Shown: positions 47,622 through 61,026 of the stretch, piece by piece
How the letters are laid out: each line of letters starts with the position of its first letter
How positions within the stretch are numbered: the first letter of the stretch is position 1
Assembly (NCBI GenBank): GCA_016208165.1
Contig: JACQYL010000007.1
Coordinates: forward strand, 41,831 to 105,830
Reading direction: 5' to 3'
From: Deltaproteobacteria bacterium
GTDB lineage: Bacteria > Desulfobacterota > Desulfarculia > JACQYL01
DNA length: 64,000 nucleotides
The notes under the pieces: generated by a model
Told to the model about the DNA's origin: nothing
The model's database searches: none
What the model saw: only the letters and a program-made list of their open reading frames with translations
Made by a program: the position numbers and the translations under genes

Positions 47622-48107
47622 ATGACGAGGTTACCTATGCAGAACGTCGAACCGATTCCTAAGTGTTTAATATTTATAGATAAGGAAGGAAACTGGTACC
47701 ATAAGGGCGCCCCGATGGTCCACAAGCCGTTCATCTTGGACTTTTATAGAAACCTGTTCATGGACGAGCACGGCCGTTGTGTGATTCAGTGGGACGGAAA
47801 GCTTTGCGAAGTAGACGTAGAGGATACACCGATCGTGGTGCGCAGTGTTGAACGGCCGTCCGAAGGTGAACGCCGGAAGGTCATTCTCGTTCTCAGTGAC
47901 GAGACCCGGGAAGAATTGGATCTGGATTCCCTTTGGATCGGCTCCGAGAACGTGCTGTACGCCAAAGTTCGTCAGGGAGCCATGCCCGCTCGATTTCTCC
48001 GTCCCGCCTACTACCAGCTGATGAAGCTACTGCAGTATGACGAGACCTCGGGGACCTATTTCATCGATGTGGACGGTCGAAGAAAAACGCTTCTGCCCGC
48101 ATCCTGA
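47622..48107 (+). CDS. DUF1285-like protein
   Basis: IDKEGNWYHKGAPMVHKPF...IQWDGKLCEVDVEDTP pattern. The alternative ATG at 47637 has the better SD. Confidence 0.6.
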   Translation: MTRLPMQNVEPIPKCLIFIDKEGNWYHKGAPMVHKPFILDFYRNLFMDEHGRCVIQWDGKLCEVDVEDTPIVVRSVERPSEGERRKVILVLSDETREELDLDSLWIGSENVLYAKVRQGAMPARFLRPAYYQLMKLLQYDETSGTYFIDVDGRRKTLLPAS

Positions 48108-48990
48108 CGCTCTCGTACGCCAAATCTTCCATTTGGGGTCCGTCGCGCAGTATGCTTACGTGTTCTCCTATTGGACCCCAGACATGGGGATCCGTGGGAC
48201 CGAACAGCGCCAAGGTGGGCGTTCCCGTAGCCGCCGCCAGATGCGTCACGCCTGAATCGTTCCCGATGTAACCTCGGGAGATCTTCAGCACGGCCGCAAG
48301 TGTGTCCAAAGGCAAACCGGTGAGGCAAGGCAGGCCCGCCGTTTCAGGGACCAGATCTTCATCCGCGGGACCCAACAGAAGGACGACGGGAACGGTTAGA
48401 TTGCTTGATACATACCGAATCAGCTTCTTGAAACATTGTATGGACCAATTCTTGATCTTGCTGCCGCTACCCGGATGCACCGCGATGGGGGATTCACCAA
48501 CTCCGAGCCGGCGGAGCGCGCTCCTTGCCTCCCGTAACGCCTCTTCCGGGGGATGCAGACGGGACATCGGGCCGGCCGCACGGAGATTCAGTGTCTGCAA
48601 CACCCTTCCTTGGAACTCCACAACGTGAACGGACGTGTGCGGTTGGGGAAACGTGGGCAGAAACTTCGGTTCCTCTCCGCAAATCCGGCCGAGGTTTTTG
48701 AAAAGAACCGGATCCCGTTTCCTTCCAAAAACATACGCCGCACCGAGTGTACCGATTCGGCCCGGCGGGCGCTCGTTCTCCCGCCACAGGTCCAGGATGC
48801 GGCCGTCATCGTTCGATATCCCCTCGTAGGATCGATCGGAGCATTTAAGCAGAGGAATCAAGAATGAATGTATCGCCATCCTGGCGATTTGGTTCGGATG
48901 ATGTTGTCGGATGGATCGAAACGCGGGTATGGAAAGGATCCAGTCCCCCAAAGCTCCCTGATGGAGGACGAGGATGCCGCCAGGCTTCAT
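48061..48990 (-). CDS. glycosyltransferase family 9 (heptosyltransferase-like)
   Basis: ILVLHQGALGDWILSIPAF, HPGSGSKIKNW and GNDSGVTHLAAATGTPTLALFGPTDP. Confidence 0.8.
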   Translation of the reverse strand: MKPGGILVLHQGALGDWILSIPAFRSIRQHHPNQIARMAIHSFLIPLLKCSDRSYEGISNDDGRILDLWRENERPPGRIGTLGAAYVFGRKRDPVLFKNLGRICGEEPKFLPTFPQPHTSVHVVEFQGRVLQTLNLRAAGPMSRLHPPEEALREARSALRRLGVGESPIAVHPGSGSKIKNWSIQCFKKLIRYVSSNLTVPVVLLLGPADEDLVPETAGLPCLTGLPLDTLAAVLKISRGYIGNDSGVTHLAAATGTPTLALFGPTDPHVWGPIGEHVSILRDGPQMEDLAYESVRMRAEAFFFDRPHR

Positions 48991-50300
48991 AGCTGCTGCG
49001 TCCAGGCCGTCAGTTCCTGCAATGCCCGGTCGACGTAAGCGTCACGTCGATGTTTCTTGGGAATTCGTTTGGCTGGGGGAGGGAACAAGCCGAAATTCAC
49101 GTTCATGGGCTGAAAGTTTTTCGAGACCGAGGCGCTGATATGACATACCAAAGCCCCCAGCGCCGATTCGGGAGGCGGAACAACGAGGGGGAGGCCTTGA
49201 AGAAGACGCGCTCCGTTGATACCGGCGAGCAAACCCATGGCCGTGGATTCAACGTACCCTTCCACTCCTGTAATCTGCCCGGCCAGTAGTATGTTGGGGT
49301 GGTTCTTGAGCTGCAAGGTCGGCTTCAGCCATTTGGGACCGTTAACGAACGTGTTACGGTGCACGCTTCCGAACCGGGCAAATCGCGCATCCGCCAGAGC
49401 CGGTATCATTCTGAACACGCGCTCCTGTGCCGGACGTCTGAGTCTGGTCTGAAAGCCGACCATATTGTACAAGGTTCCCTCGAGATTTTCCTTACGAAGC
49501 TGCACCACCGCGAAGGGTCGTTTGCCTGTTGCCGGATCTTTCAGGCCCACCGGCTTCATCGGACCGAAAAGCAAGGTCTTATCGCCGCGGGAAGCCAGCA
49601 CCTCGATGGGCAGACAACCTTCGAAAAACTGCGGTTCCTCGAAAGCGCGAAGCGGGGTCTGTTCCGCCTTCATCAGAGCCTCGTAAAAGACCTGATACTG
49701 CTCCTCATCAAACGGGCAGTTCAGATAGTCGCCCTCCCCGTCCTGATACCGAGAGGCCATGAACGCGATTCTTTTGTCGATGGATTCCGCATACACGATC
49801 GGCGCAATTGCGTCATAGAAATAAAGATCGCCGGAGTCGGTCAGTCTGCCTAGAAGTTGAGTCATGGCCGCCGAAGACAGGGGGCCGGTGGCAATGATGG
49901 AAGGTGCCTCCACATCCAGGTCGCCGACTTCTTCTCGAATCAGGGTCACATTGGGATGCGACTGAATGGATTTCGTCACTTCCGAACTGAACCGGTGACG
50001 ATCTACCGCCAGAGATTTCCCGGCAGGAACTTGGGTCTGCTCGGCAACGGCCATGATCAAAGACCCCAAACGCCGCATTTCTTCCTTTAACAGTCCCACG
50101 GCAGAGGTGAGTTCATTGGAGCGTAGCGAGTTCGAACAAACCAGTTCGGCAAGATCGGGGGATTCGTGAGCAGGGGAAAACCGGCAGGGTTTCATTTCGA
50201 ACAAGCGAACCGGCACACCCCGGTTCGCCGCCTGCCAGGCAGCTTCAGATCCGGCCAGCCCCCCGCCCACGATGGTCAGCGATTTTTCAGGAACCATCAC
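48987..50300 (-). CDS. trmFO: methylenetetrahydrofolate--tRNA-(uracil54-C5)-methyltransferase
   Basis: IVGGGLAGSEAAWQ FAD fold; 437 aa. Has a 4-nt start/stop overlap with the downstream gene. Confidence 0.85.
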   Translation of the reverse strand: MMVPEKSLTIVGGGLAGSEAAWQAANRGVPVRLFEMKPCRFSPAHESPDLAELVCSNSLRSNELTSAVGLLKEEMRRLGSLIMAVAEQTQVPAGKSLAVDRHRFSSEVTKSIQSHPNVTLIREEVGDLDVEAPSIIATGPLSSAAMTQLLGRLTDSGDLYFYDAIAPIVYAESIDKRIAFMASRYQDGEGDYLNCPFDEEQYQVFYEALMKAEQTPLRAFEEPQFFEGCLPIEVLASRGDKTLLFGPMKPVGLKDPATGKRPFAVVQLRKENLEGTLYNMVGFQTRLRRPAQERVFRMIPALADARFARFGSVHRNTFVNGPKWLKPTLQLKNHPNILLAGQITGVEGYVESTAMGLLAGINGARLLQGLPLVVPPPESALGALVCHISASVSKNFQPMNVNFGLFPPPAKRIPKKHRRDAYVDRALQELTAWTQQL

Positions 50301-50406
50301 GATCCCGAAGAGGAGCGGCTTTCCCGCATCGACTCTGTCCCAGACAGGTGATACACATCGAGTAGAATATCGAATTCCAAGCCGGACGAATTGCGACTCA
50401 CGCCCA

Positions 50407-52797
50407 TCATTCGCTTGCGATCTCTCGGGTGAAACCGCACTCTTTTTTGGGACAAGCCAGATAGGCCCCCTTCTTTTTCGAGAACTTCTCGATCAAAAAG
50501 GGAGCGCCGCATTGCGGACACTGCTCTGCGATCGGCTTATTCCAGGTGGCGAACTTGCATGTGGGATAGTTTGTACATCCGTAGAAGACGCCCCTTTTGG
50601 ATTTTCGTTCGGTCAGCTCTCCGTTGCACCCGTCTTGCGGACATGAAATGCCCAATCCGATCGGTTTGGCATTCTTGCAGGCCGGATAATTGGAACACGC
50701 AAGAAATTTTCCACCGAACCGGCTGGTCTTGATCAGCATTTTCGAGCCGCACTTCTCGCACACTTCGTCTGTTTCTTCCGGAGGTTGAGCTTGTGGCGCG
50801 CCCTGGTTCCCATAAGGCATGGTCGATTTGCAGTCCGGGTAGCTGGTGCAAGCGATGAAGGCCCCATAGCGGCCTCTTTTCAGCGTCATTTCGCTCCCGC
50901 ATTTGGGGCATCTCTCCGCTATTTCGACCTTTTCTTCGTCGAGAACGACCACCTCTCCCCTTTCGTTCCGTTGAAAGTTCTTGGTGTTCTTACAGTCGGG
51001 GAATCCCGGACAAGCGAGAAAAGGTCCCGCTTTTCCGATCCTGATTTCCATCTCATTCCCGCATTTCTCGCACTTGATGCCGGTAGGAACTCCTTTTCTC
51101 ATTTCCTTTTGAGCGATCTCGAGTTCCTTGGAAAAAGGACTGTAAAACGACTCGAGGATTTGCACCCATTCCACTTTGCCTTCTTCCACATCATCCAGTT
51201 GTTCCTCCATCTGAGCAGTGAATCGAACGTCCATAATGTCCGGAAAACTGGATACCAGCAGGTCATTGACGACATATCCCAACTCCGTGGGATGGAATTT
51301 GCCTTTTTCCCTTAAAGCGTACGATCGATCCTGGATGTTGGACAGAATGGCGGCATAGGTGCTTGGTCGCCCTATTCCTTTTTCTTCCAGTTCCTTCACC
51401 AATGAAGCCTCGCTGAAGCGTGACGGCGGTTTGGTGAAATGCTGGGAGGGAACGAAGGCTTTAAATTTGAGTTTCTCCCCTGCTTCCACGCCGGGCAACA
51501 GATGGTCAGCGGCATTTTCGGGCTTGTCTTCGGTACTTTCGGTGTAAACCGCCATAAAACCCGGAAATCGAACGACCGATCCAGTGGCGCGGAAGATGTA
51601 GTCGCCTGCCGAAATGTCGATAGCCGTCAAGTCGATCTCGGCCGGTTGCATCTGGCTTGCCACAAACCGCTTCCAGATCAGCTCGTATAACTTAAACAAA
51701 TCCGGCTCCAGAAAGGGCTGGACGTCATCAGGCGTTCTCCAAGGATCGGTGGGTCGGACGGCTTCGTGCGCATCCTGCGAGTGTTTGCGATTCTTGTAAA
51801 CAGGGGGCTTGGCAGGGGCATAGTCGTTGCCGTATCGTTCCCTGATGAGTCGATTTGCTTCCTTTTGAGCCTCCGGGGCCAGCCGGGTCGAATCCGTTCT
51901 GATGTAAGTTACCAGCCCGACTTGTCCCTCATTCCCCAACTCGACTCCCTCGTAAAGGCGTTGAGCCAACATGTTCGTCCTTTTTGTGGTGAAGCGAAGC
52001 TTTCGCACGCCCTCCTGCTGAAGCGTACTTGTCGTGAATGGAGGAACGGGTTTGCGGCTTTGTGCTTTCTTGGAAATGTCCTTAACATGAAACTCCACAC
52101 CTTTGAGCGAGGCGAGGATCTCGTCTGCTTCTTCCTTATTGGGTATCTTGATGGCTTTATTCTTGAATTTGAGCAGACGGGCTTCGATTTCAGGAGGAAC
52201 CTTGGCATCCAGCCGGGCCAGAATGGTCCAATATTCCTCCGGAACGAACGCCTGAATCTCTCTCTCACGCTCCACAATGAGCCTCAAGGCTACGGATTGG
52301 ACACGACCGGCGCTTAATCCGCTCCGAACCTTCTTCCAGAGAATGGGACTGATCTGATAGCCCACCAGGCGATCCAAAACGCGACGCGCTACCTGGGACT
52401 CGTATTTCTTACGGTCCAACGTTCCTGGACTTTCCATGGCCTGGCTGATCCCATGACGGGTGAGTTCGTGGAAGAGCACTCGGTAGACTCGATCCTTCTT
52501 TCCCAGACTCTCGGCTATGTGCCACGCGATGGCCTCACCCTCGCGATCCGGGTCCGCTGCAAGATAGACGGCGTCCGCCTTTTGAGCGGCCTTCTTGAGT
52601 TCCTTGATCACTTTCTCTTTTCCGGAGATTACCTTGTAGCTGGGAGTGAATCCTTTTTCGACATCGACGCCCAGTTCGTTGTGCGGCAGATCCAGAATGT
52701 GGCCTACCGTGGCTTGAACGTCGAATTCGGGCCCCAATATTTTCTTGATGGTGGCTGCTTTTGTTGGTGATTCCACGACCAAGAGAGATTTCGCCAT
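50407..52797 (-). CDS. topA: DNA topoisomerase I with five C-terminal zinc-ribbon repeats
   Basis: Toprim LLVVESPTKA, active-site region VTYIRTDS, and five C-x2-C...C-x(4-5)-C ribbons at the C-terminus. Confidence 0.92.
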   Translation of the reverse strand: MAKSLLVVESPTKAATIKKILGPEFDVQATVGHILDLPHNELGVDVEKGFTPSYKVISGKEKVIKELKKAAQKADAVYLAADPDREGEAIAWHIAESLGKKDRVYRVLFHELTRHGISQAMESPGTLDRKKYESQVARRVLDRLVGYQISPILWKKVRSGLSAGRVQSVALRLIVEREREIQAFVPEEYWTILARLDAKVPPEIEARLLKFKNKAIKIPNKEEADEILASLKGVEFHVKDISKKAQSRKPVPPFTTSTLQQEGVRKLRFTTKRTNMLAQRLYEGVELGNEGQVGLVTYIRTDSTRLAPEAQKEANRLIRERYGNDYAPAKPPVYKNRKHSQDAHEAVRPTDPWRTPDDVQPFLEPDLFKLYELIWKRFVASQMQPAEIDLTAIDISAGDYIFRATGSVVRFPGFMAVYTESTEDKPENAADHLLPGVEAGEKLKFKAFVPSQHFTKPPSRFSEASLVKELEEKGIGRPSTYAAILSNIQDRSYALREKGKFHPTELGYVVNDLLVSSFPDIMDVRFTAQMEEQLDDVEEGKVEWVQILESFYSPFSKELEIAQKEMRKGVPTGIKCEKCGNEMEIRIGKAGPFLACPGFPDCKNTKNFQRNERGEVVVLDEEKVEIAERCPKCGSEMTLKRGRYGAFIACTSYPDCKSTMPYGNQGAPQAQPPEETDEVCEKCGSKMLIKTSRFGGKFLACSNYPACKNAKPIGLGISCPQDGCNGELTERKSKRGVFYGCTNYPTCKFATWNKPIAEQCPQCGAPFLIEKFSKKKGAYLACPKKECGFTREIASE

Positions 52798-52798
52798 G

Positions 52799-53935
52799 CT
52801 ATTTTTTCCTCGAATAGAGATTTCCCGGAACTTCCTCGATGAGGCCCTTGAGTTCCAGCGAGAGCAACCCGGCCGCCATGTCTCCCGGAGCGAGCCCGGT
52901 TGCTCGGAGGATTTCGTCTACATGAACCGGATCGAAGTCGATCATCTTCAGAATGAGCCGTTCTTGTTCGGACATCTCGACAGGGACCCCGGTCGATCGG
53001 GAGGTGTCCCACGTGAATTCCATCTGGCGTGGGTTGACAATCCGCCTGTTGTTCAGGTCCTCGAGGATGTCTTCCGCGGACTCAACCAGTTTGGCGCCGG
53101 ACTTGATCAGACGGTTGGTTCCCCGGCTCCGCGCCGACCGGGTGGAACCGGGAACGGCGAACACTTCGCGATTCTGATCGAGAGCCATCTGCGCCGTAAT
53201 TAAAGAGCCGCTTCTTTCAGCGGCCTCTACCACAACCGTTCCTAATGTCAAACCGCTGATGATTCTATTTCGTTTGGGAAAATTCATTCCCATGGGCTCG
53301 GTGTCGAAGGGGAATTCACTGATTACCGCCCCGCATCCGGCAATGTCCGCAAAGAGAGCGCTGTGCTCGGGCGGATATATCACGTTGCAGCCACATCCAA
53401 GTACGGCAACGGTTCGTCCCCCGTGGTCGAGAGCGGAACGATGAGCCATTCCGTCTATCCCGCGAGCCAATCCGCTGACTACCGTTACGCCTCGTTCCGC
53501 CAAACCCGAACAAATGCTTCGTGTGATATCCAGTCCATACGAGCTTGGAGTTCTGGTGCCTACAACGGCAACCGCGCACTCGTCGTCCGGAACCAGGCTC
53601 CCTTTGACATAGAGGACCTGAGGAGGATCATAAATCTCTTTCAGAAGCGATGGGTAGCGTTCATCATGATAACCGATGATCTCGATACCCAGGGAAGACG
53701 CTAGCTTCACTTCGCGCGCAATCCGCCCGCTTTTCAGGGATTGCCTCATTCCCTGTATGATTTCGGGGCGCATCCCTTTAACCGCGCGCAGCTCCGAATC
53801 CGAAGCCTGGAAAACGATCGAGGGTGCGCCAAACCGATTCATTAACCGTTTGTACGTAACGTCTCCCAGTCTGGGAGTAAAGAACAGCGCCAAACAGCAG
53901 ATCAGGTCTTCCGTAGATGAAGGGGACGGGACCAT
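52799..53935 (-). CDS. dprA: DNA-processing protein A
   Basis: VVSGLARGIDGMAHRSAL Rossmann core; C-terminal winged-helix-like segment. Confidence 0.85.
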   Translation of the reverse strand: MVPSPSSTEDLICCLALFFTPRLGDVTYKRLMNRFGAPSIVFQASDSELRAVKGMRPEIIQGMRQSLKSGRIAREVKLASSLGIEIIGYHDERYPSLLKEIYDPPQVLYVKGSLVPDDECAVAVVGTRTPSSYGLDITRSICSGLAERGVTVVSGLARGIDGMAHRSALDHGGRTVAVLGCGCNVIYPPEHSALFADIAGCGAVISEFPFDTEPMGMNFPKRNRIISGLTLGTVVVEAAERSGSLITAQMALDQNREVFAVPGSTRSARSRGTNRLIKSGAKLVESAEDILEDLNNRRIVNPRQMEFTWDTSRSTGVPVEMSEQERLILKMIDFDPVHVDEILRATGLAPGDMAAGLLSLELKGLIEEVPGNLYSRKK

Positions 53936-53988
53936 GAAAGTTATTGTTCGGGCTCGAATGCTCCGTTCGTGAAAGATGGCCTCTCAAG

Positions 53989-55056
53989 TTATCTTTTGCG
54001 CTTCGACACCATGCCGCCCTTTTCATCAGCCGCAGGCAGCGCCAGCAAGATCGGACTGGCCACATATATCGATGAATACGTACCCACCACGATTCCAACC
54101 AGCAAAGCGAATGCGAAGTCATGTATGACGCCGCCGCCCAATATGAAAAGCGACACTACGACAACCAACGTGGTGCCCGAAGTCAGTATCGTCCTTGAAA
54201 GGGTTTCGTTAATACTGGAATTGATGGTTTTCGAGAAATCGGTCCGACGACCTTTTCTAAGGTTTTCCCGAATTCTGTCGAACACGATGATGGTATCGTT
54301 GAGCGAGTAGCCGATGATCGTAAGAAGGGCGGCTACAATGGGCAAGGTAATTTCCTTATTGAAAAAGGAAAACGCTCCGACCGTTATGATTACGTCGTGA
54401 ATCAGAGCCACTACGGCCCCGAGGGCATATCGCAGCCTGAGAACCCAACAGAGGCCCAACGTGACGATCAGCGCGATTACGATGAGCCAAACGACGCTGA
54501 TGTTTATCAGGGAAGCCAGATACACCGCAACAAGCAGCGCTCCGGCCATTATGATACTCATCAGCCATTTCAATTCAAAGCGTCCGGAAATGTAGATTGC
54601 AATGAAAAGTATGGCGTAAAACACGGCGAAAAGTGCTTTTTGCCTTAAGTCCTTGCCGACTTTCGGCCCGACCATCTCGACGCGTCTGACTTCGAAGGCG
54701 CCCTCGCCAAAAGTCTTCTTGAAGGCAGTCTGAATCCGATCTTTGAATTCGGTAACATCGACCCCTTCCTGCTCGATGCGAACAAGATATTCGGACCCTT
54801 CCTCCGTACTAAAATCCTGAACCGTAGTGTTTTCGATGCTCGCCGATTCGAGCGCGTTCCTCACTTGACCGGTGGAGGTTTCCTTATTGAATTTGACCTG
54901 AACGAGAATGCCGCCGGCGAAATCGATGCCGAAGTTGGGACCACCCCGCACGATCAGAAAAACAATGGTCAACAGAATCAACGACCCGGACAGAATGTAG
55001 GCGTATTTACGATTTCCGACGAAATCCAAGTTAATGTTCGGTTTGATCAATTCCAT
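53989..55056 (-). CDS. secF: protein translocase subunit SecF
   Basis: GIDFAGG...[17 protein letters not shown] pattern and six TM segments. Confidence 0.9.
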   Translation of the reverse strand: MELIKPNINLDFVGNRKYAYILSGSLILLTIVFLIVRGGPNFGIDFAGGILVQVKFNKETSTGQVRNALESASIENTTVQDFSTEEGSEYLVRIEQEGVDVTEFKDRIQTAFKKTFGEGAFEVRRVEMVGPKVGKDLRQKALFAVFYAILFIAIYISGRFELKWLMSIIMAGALLVAVYLASLINISVVWLIVIALIVTLGLCWVLRLRYALGAVVALIHDVIITVGAFSFFNKEITLPIVAALLTIIGYSLNDTIIVFDRIRENLRKGRRTDFSKTINSSINETLSRTILTSGTTLVVVVSLFILGGGVIHDFAFALLVGIVVGTYSSIYVASPILLALPAADEKGGMVSKRKR

Positions 55057-55068
55057 GAGCGCTCCTTG

Positions 55069-56673
55069 TCACACAGGGATCCGTTTCACACGAACTCTCA
55101 GCAACAGATAGTCGAAGACCAAACGGGATACGAAAACGGCCGTGAACACACTTGCGACGATGCCGATACTCAGGGTCACCGCAAATCCTTTTACAGGACC
55201 GGTACCGAATTGAAACAGCACCAGCGCGGCTATAAGAGTGGTCACGTTTGAGTCTATAATGGTGACCAATGCTCTGCCGAATCCCGCCTCTACGGCAGCG
55301 CGCGGCGTTTTGCCGAGTCGCGTTTCCTCCCGGATCCGCTCGAAAATCAGCACATTGGCGTCTACCGCCATACCAATGGTCAAGATGATGCCGGCCATTC
55401 CCGGAAGCGTCAAAGTAGCCCCGAACGCCGCCAGCGCCGCCATGATAAGCACGATGTTCAACAGAAGCGCAGCGTCCGCGATGAGGCCTCCGATTTGATA
55501 GTACACAGCCATCACCAGGATCACGACGAGACCTCCCACGATCATGGAAATGAACCCTTTACGGATCGAATCCTTGCCAAGCGAAGGACCCACCGTCCGC
55601 TCTTCCAGGACCTTTACGGGAGCCGGCAAAGCGCCCGCCCTTAGCACAATGGCCAAGTCGCGAGCTTCTTCCATAGTGAAATTCCCTGTAATGCGAGCGG
55701 TTCCGCCGGGTATTTTCTCTTGTATCACGGGCGCCGAGTTGACTACTCCATCGAGGATGATCGCCAGGCGCCGTTTAACATTTTCTCCGGTAACCCGTTC
55801 AAAAAGACGCGCTCCCTTGGCATTGAATTTGAGTGTGACATAAGGCTCGTTAAACTGGTTGTCGATTTGAACACGGGCGTCGCTCACGTACTGTCCCGTG
55901 AGAAGCGACCTTCGTTCCACGAGAACCGGCGTTTTGGTGACTCTTCCCGTTTCACGGTTCTCCCGAACCTCATAAAGCAACTCATCGCCCGGAGGCACGT
56001 CTCCTTTTTCCGCGGCCGGCAAGTCCCCCATATCGTCCACCAACTTAAATTCCAGGAGTGCGGTTTTGCCGATAAGTTTCAGGGCGCGGTCCGTATCACT
56101 GATTCCGGGCAATTGGATCAGGAGACGGTCTTCCCCTTGCGGCCGTATATCCGGTTCGCTCACGCCGAACTGATCTACTCTGTTCCGAATGGTCTCCAAT
56201 GCCTGTGACGTGGCGAACTGCCTGATCCTCTTTTGTTCGTCCGCACTCATGGCCAGGGTCACCACGACGCCGGAATCGTCCTTCCGTGTCTCTTCGATGG
56301 AGAATTCAGGATAATTCTTTTCTAAGAATTCCTTCAACTTTTCTATGTCTTCTTCGTTCTTCAGCACCAGTTCCATCGCTCCGGCCGAAGTCTGAACCTT
56401 GTCTCCCGCTATCCATACGCGCTCCTCTCTGAGCGCCCGCTTTATATCATCGGCGAAGATCCCCAACTGGGTTTCCACCGCCTTCTCGGATTCGACCTCC
56501 AGGATCAGGTGCATGCCTCCCTGGAGATCCAATCCCAACTGGACCTTGTCTTTGGGAAGCACATTGCTCCACCACAGCGGAAGGTTCCCCGATATCGAGG
56601 GCACAAGATAGACCACAGACGCGACCAGCACGGCCAGAACCAGAATTGCTCTCCAACCCAGCTTACCTTTCAC
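55069..56673 (-). CDS. secD: protein translocase subunit SecD
   Basis: LGLDLQGG, GMAVDANVLIFERIREE. GTG start with AAAGGAG upstream. Confidence 0.9.
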   Translation of the reverse strand: MKGKLGWRAILVLAVLVASVVYLVPSISGNLPLWWSNVLPKDKVQLGLDLQGGMHLILEVESEKAVETQLGIFADDIKRALREERVWIAGDKVQTSAGAMELVLKNEEDIEKLKEFLEKNYPEFSIEETRKDDSGVVVTLAMSADEQKRIRQFATSQALETIRNRVDQFGVSEPDIRPQGEDRLLIQLPGISDTDRALKLIGKTALLEFKLVDDMGDLPAAEKGDVPPGDELLYEVRENRETGRVTKTPVLVERRSLLTGQYVSDARVQIDNQFNEPYVTLKFNAKGARLFERVTGENVKRRLAIILDGVVNSAPVIQEKIPGGTARITGNFTMEEARDLAIVLRAGALPAPVKVLEERTVGPSLGKDSIRKGFISMIVGGLVVILVMAVYYQIGGLIADAALLLNIVLIMAALAAFGATLTLPGMAGIILTIGMAVDANVLIFERIREETRLGKTPRAAVEAGFGRALVTIIDSNVTTLIAALVLFQFGTGPVKGFAVTLSIGIVASVFTAVFVSRLVFDYLLLRVRVKRIPV

Positions 56674-56971
56674 TCAAAGCTCCTTTCTGCCGCTGCAAAC
56701 CGATGAACTCAGCCTCGCGATGCAACCACACTCCTGGGTCGAGGGAATGCGCCATAAGAACACCTGAATACGAAAACACCGTCAGAGTCGTAATGGACGA
56801 TTTCAACGATGCGCTTCCGTCACCCGCGCACACCGAACTCACCCATAGAATGGATTCGGAACGTTCCGATGAGCGCCCGAAGGCCGACACCACTCGAAAG
56901 GCCTCGGGCATCAAGCCGGCCTCCGCCGGGAGCAACACCGCAACGGGGCTTCCGCCATGCCGCTCGGTTCC

Positions 56972-59488
<2,517 letters not shown>

Positions 59489-59562
59489 TTCAAAATTTCG
59501 GCAACTTAATCAGAAAGGCGGCCAATAGTCAATTCATTATTTCAACAAGTGGAAGGAAATGC

Positions 59563-59754
59563 TCAGGAGGGTCGATTGACATATACGAGGAGAGCGCCCA
59601 ACGCGATGGACAACAAACCGAGTAGACGCAGGATGCCGGGTTCCATTTCGGAGACTTTCCGGAGCCACGTCTTGAGTCTTTCCGGAAAGGCAAAATAAGG
59701 CAGTCCTTCGAATATCAGCATCAGTCCTAGTGCACAGAGAAAGAAGCGGTTCAT
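59563..59754 (-). CDS. DUF2065-like small membrane protein
   Basis: 63 aa with two hydrophobic helices and the LIFEGLPYFAFPERL pattern. The ORF is open to 59820. Confidence 0.6.
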   Translation of the reverse strand: MNRFFLCALGLMLIFEGLPYFAFPERLKTWLRKVSEMEPGILRLLGLLSIALGALLVYVNRPS

Positions 59755-59952
59755 TCCTGGGTCCTTTCCGTTCATCCGATCGAATCGACCGGTTTTAATA
59801 ACCGGTGCGCGTCGGACCATCGGCCCATCCTCGGAACGGATGAAGGGATGACGTATGGAAAGTCCTAAAGCATTGCCATGAGCCGGGTCCCACGCCAGAG
59901 CCCTAAATAGGGGAAAGATCGTCGAAAGCCGCCACGGCTCCGCCTCGTCCCT

Positions 59953-60957
59953 CTACTCCATTTTCCTCAGTTCACCAAAAGCGACCTGCGCTTGACCGCT
60001 CTCCGAATGATCCTTAATCAGTTTCTGAAGCAGGATCTTTGCACTGGTCTTGTCGCCAAGCTGTTTGAATGAGAGAGCCTGCTTAAGAAGTGCGTCCGGC
60101 ACCTTGTTTCCAGTGCCGTAACGCTGAATGACTTTCTGATATTCAAGGATGGCGTCCTCGAATTTACCCTCCTTATAATAGGTTTCTCCCACCCAGAATT
60201 GGGCGTTGTCCGCAATGGGATGATTGGGATATTTTCCAGTGAACTCGGCAAACAAGGTTCGTGATTTTGAGTACTGCCCCTTCTTGTACGCGGCCGTCGC
60301 GGCCTTGTACAGTTGATCCGGATCCGTGGCAACCGCTTCTTCCGAGGCCTGAGGAGCGGGGGGCTCAGGCGCGGAAGCTTGCGGTTTGGGCGGTTCCGTC
60401 TCCACAGGCGGCGCTTTTGGGGCCACGGGCGGCTGCGGCTGCTGTTTTTCTTTCCCAGTCGCGCCGAGAGTAGCCTCAATCGTTTCGATCCGTCTTCTAA
60501 TCCCGTCGGCTTCCGATTCGAGCCGATCGATTCGGGAAGGATCTATAATGCGATCCTTCTCCGTGAGTTCGCGCTCAAGAAGCAGCACTTTCTTCTCCAT
60601 ATCCCCCGAATCAAGCCGACCTTGCGATCGGATACCTTCCAGTTCCGCGCCGAGGTCGGCTTGACGGCCACGAACCTCATTCAAGTCCGATTTCAATTGC
60701 TCCATACTAGTGGTGAGGTCGGCGAGCATGGTACGCAAAACGTCAACCTCGACTCGCATCGCTTTGGCTTTCTCCACTTCGGTTGACTGTTTTTGCGTCT
60801 CCCCGTTCCGGATTTGGTCCAGGTCCGTCTCTATAGAACTGATCTGTGTCTGAAGAGAATCGCGGACACCATACAGATCCTGGAACGTGACCATGCAGCC
60901 GCTCAACATGCCCAGGCTCACCACCAACAGCCCTATTTTTAGTCGCGGTTTCAACAT
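59953..60957 (-). CDS. cpoB: Tol-Pal system protein YbgF/CpoB (coiled coil + TPR)
   Basis: Signal/lipobox-like N-terminus, a long coiled coil, a Pro-rich linker, and a C-terminal TPR (YKAATAAYKKGQY...AQFWVGETYY...ALLKQA). Confidence 0.8.
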   Translation of the reverse strand: MLKPRLKIGLLVVSLGMLSGCMVTFQDLYGVRDSLQTQISSIETDLDQIRNGETQKQSTEVEKAKAMRVEVDVLRTMLADLTTSMEQLKSDLNEVRGRQADLGAELEGIRSQGRLDSGDMEKKVLLLERELTEKDRIIDPSRIDRLESEADGIRRRIETIEATLGATGKEKQQPQPPVAPKAPPVETEPPKPQASAPEPPAPQASEEAVATDPDQLYKAATAAYKKGQYSKSRTLFAEFTGKYPNHPIADNAQFWVGETYYKEGKFEDAILEYQKVIQRYGTGNKVPDALLKQALSFKQLGDKTSAKILLQKLIKDHSESGQAQVAFGELRKME

Positions 60958-61026
60958 AATAACGATCGCCGTCGCTCCTATTGCACGGAGGCCGACATAT
61001 AGCCCGTCGACTGCCGATCAGTTGAT

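Noticed and set aside
48061-48107. 47-nt convergent overlap between the DUF1285-like gene and the GT9 gene
   Set aside because: Both ORFs look genuine. Short convergent 3' overlaps occur by chance in GC-rich genomes when stop codons are rare. Nothing else is unusual here.
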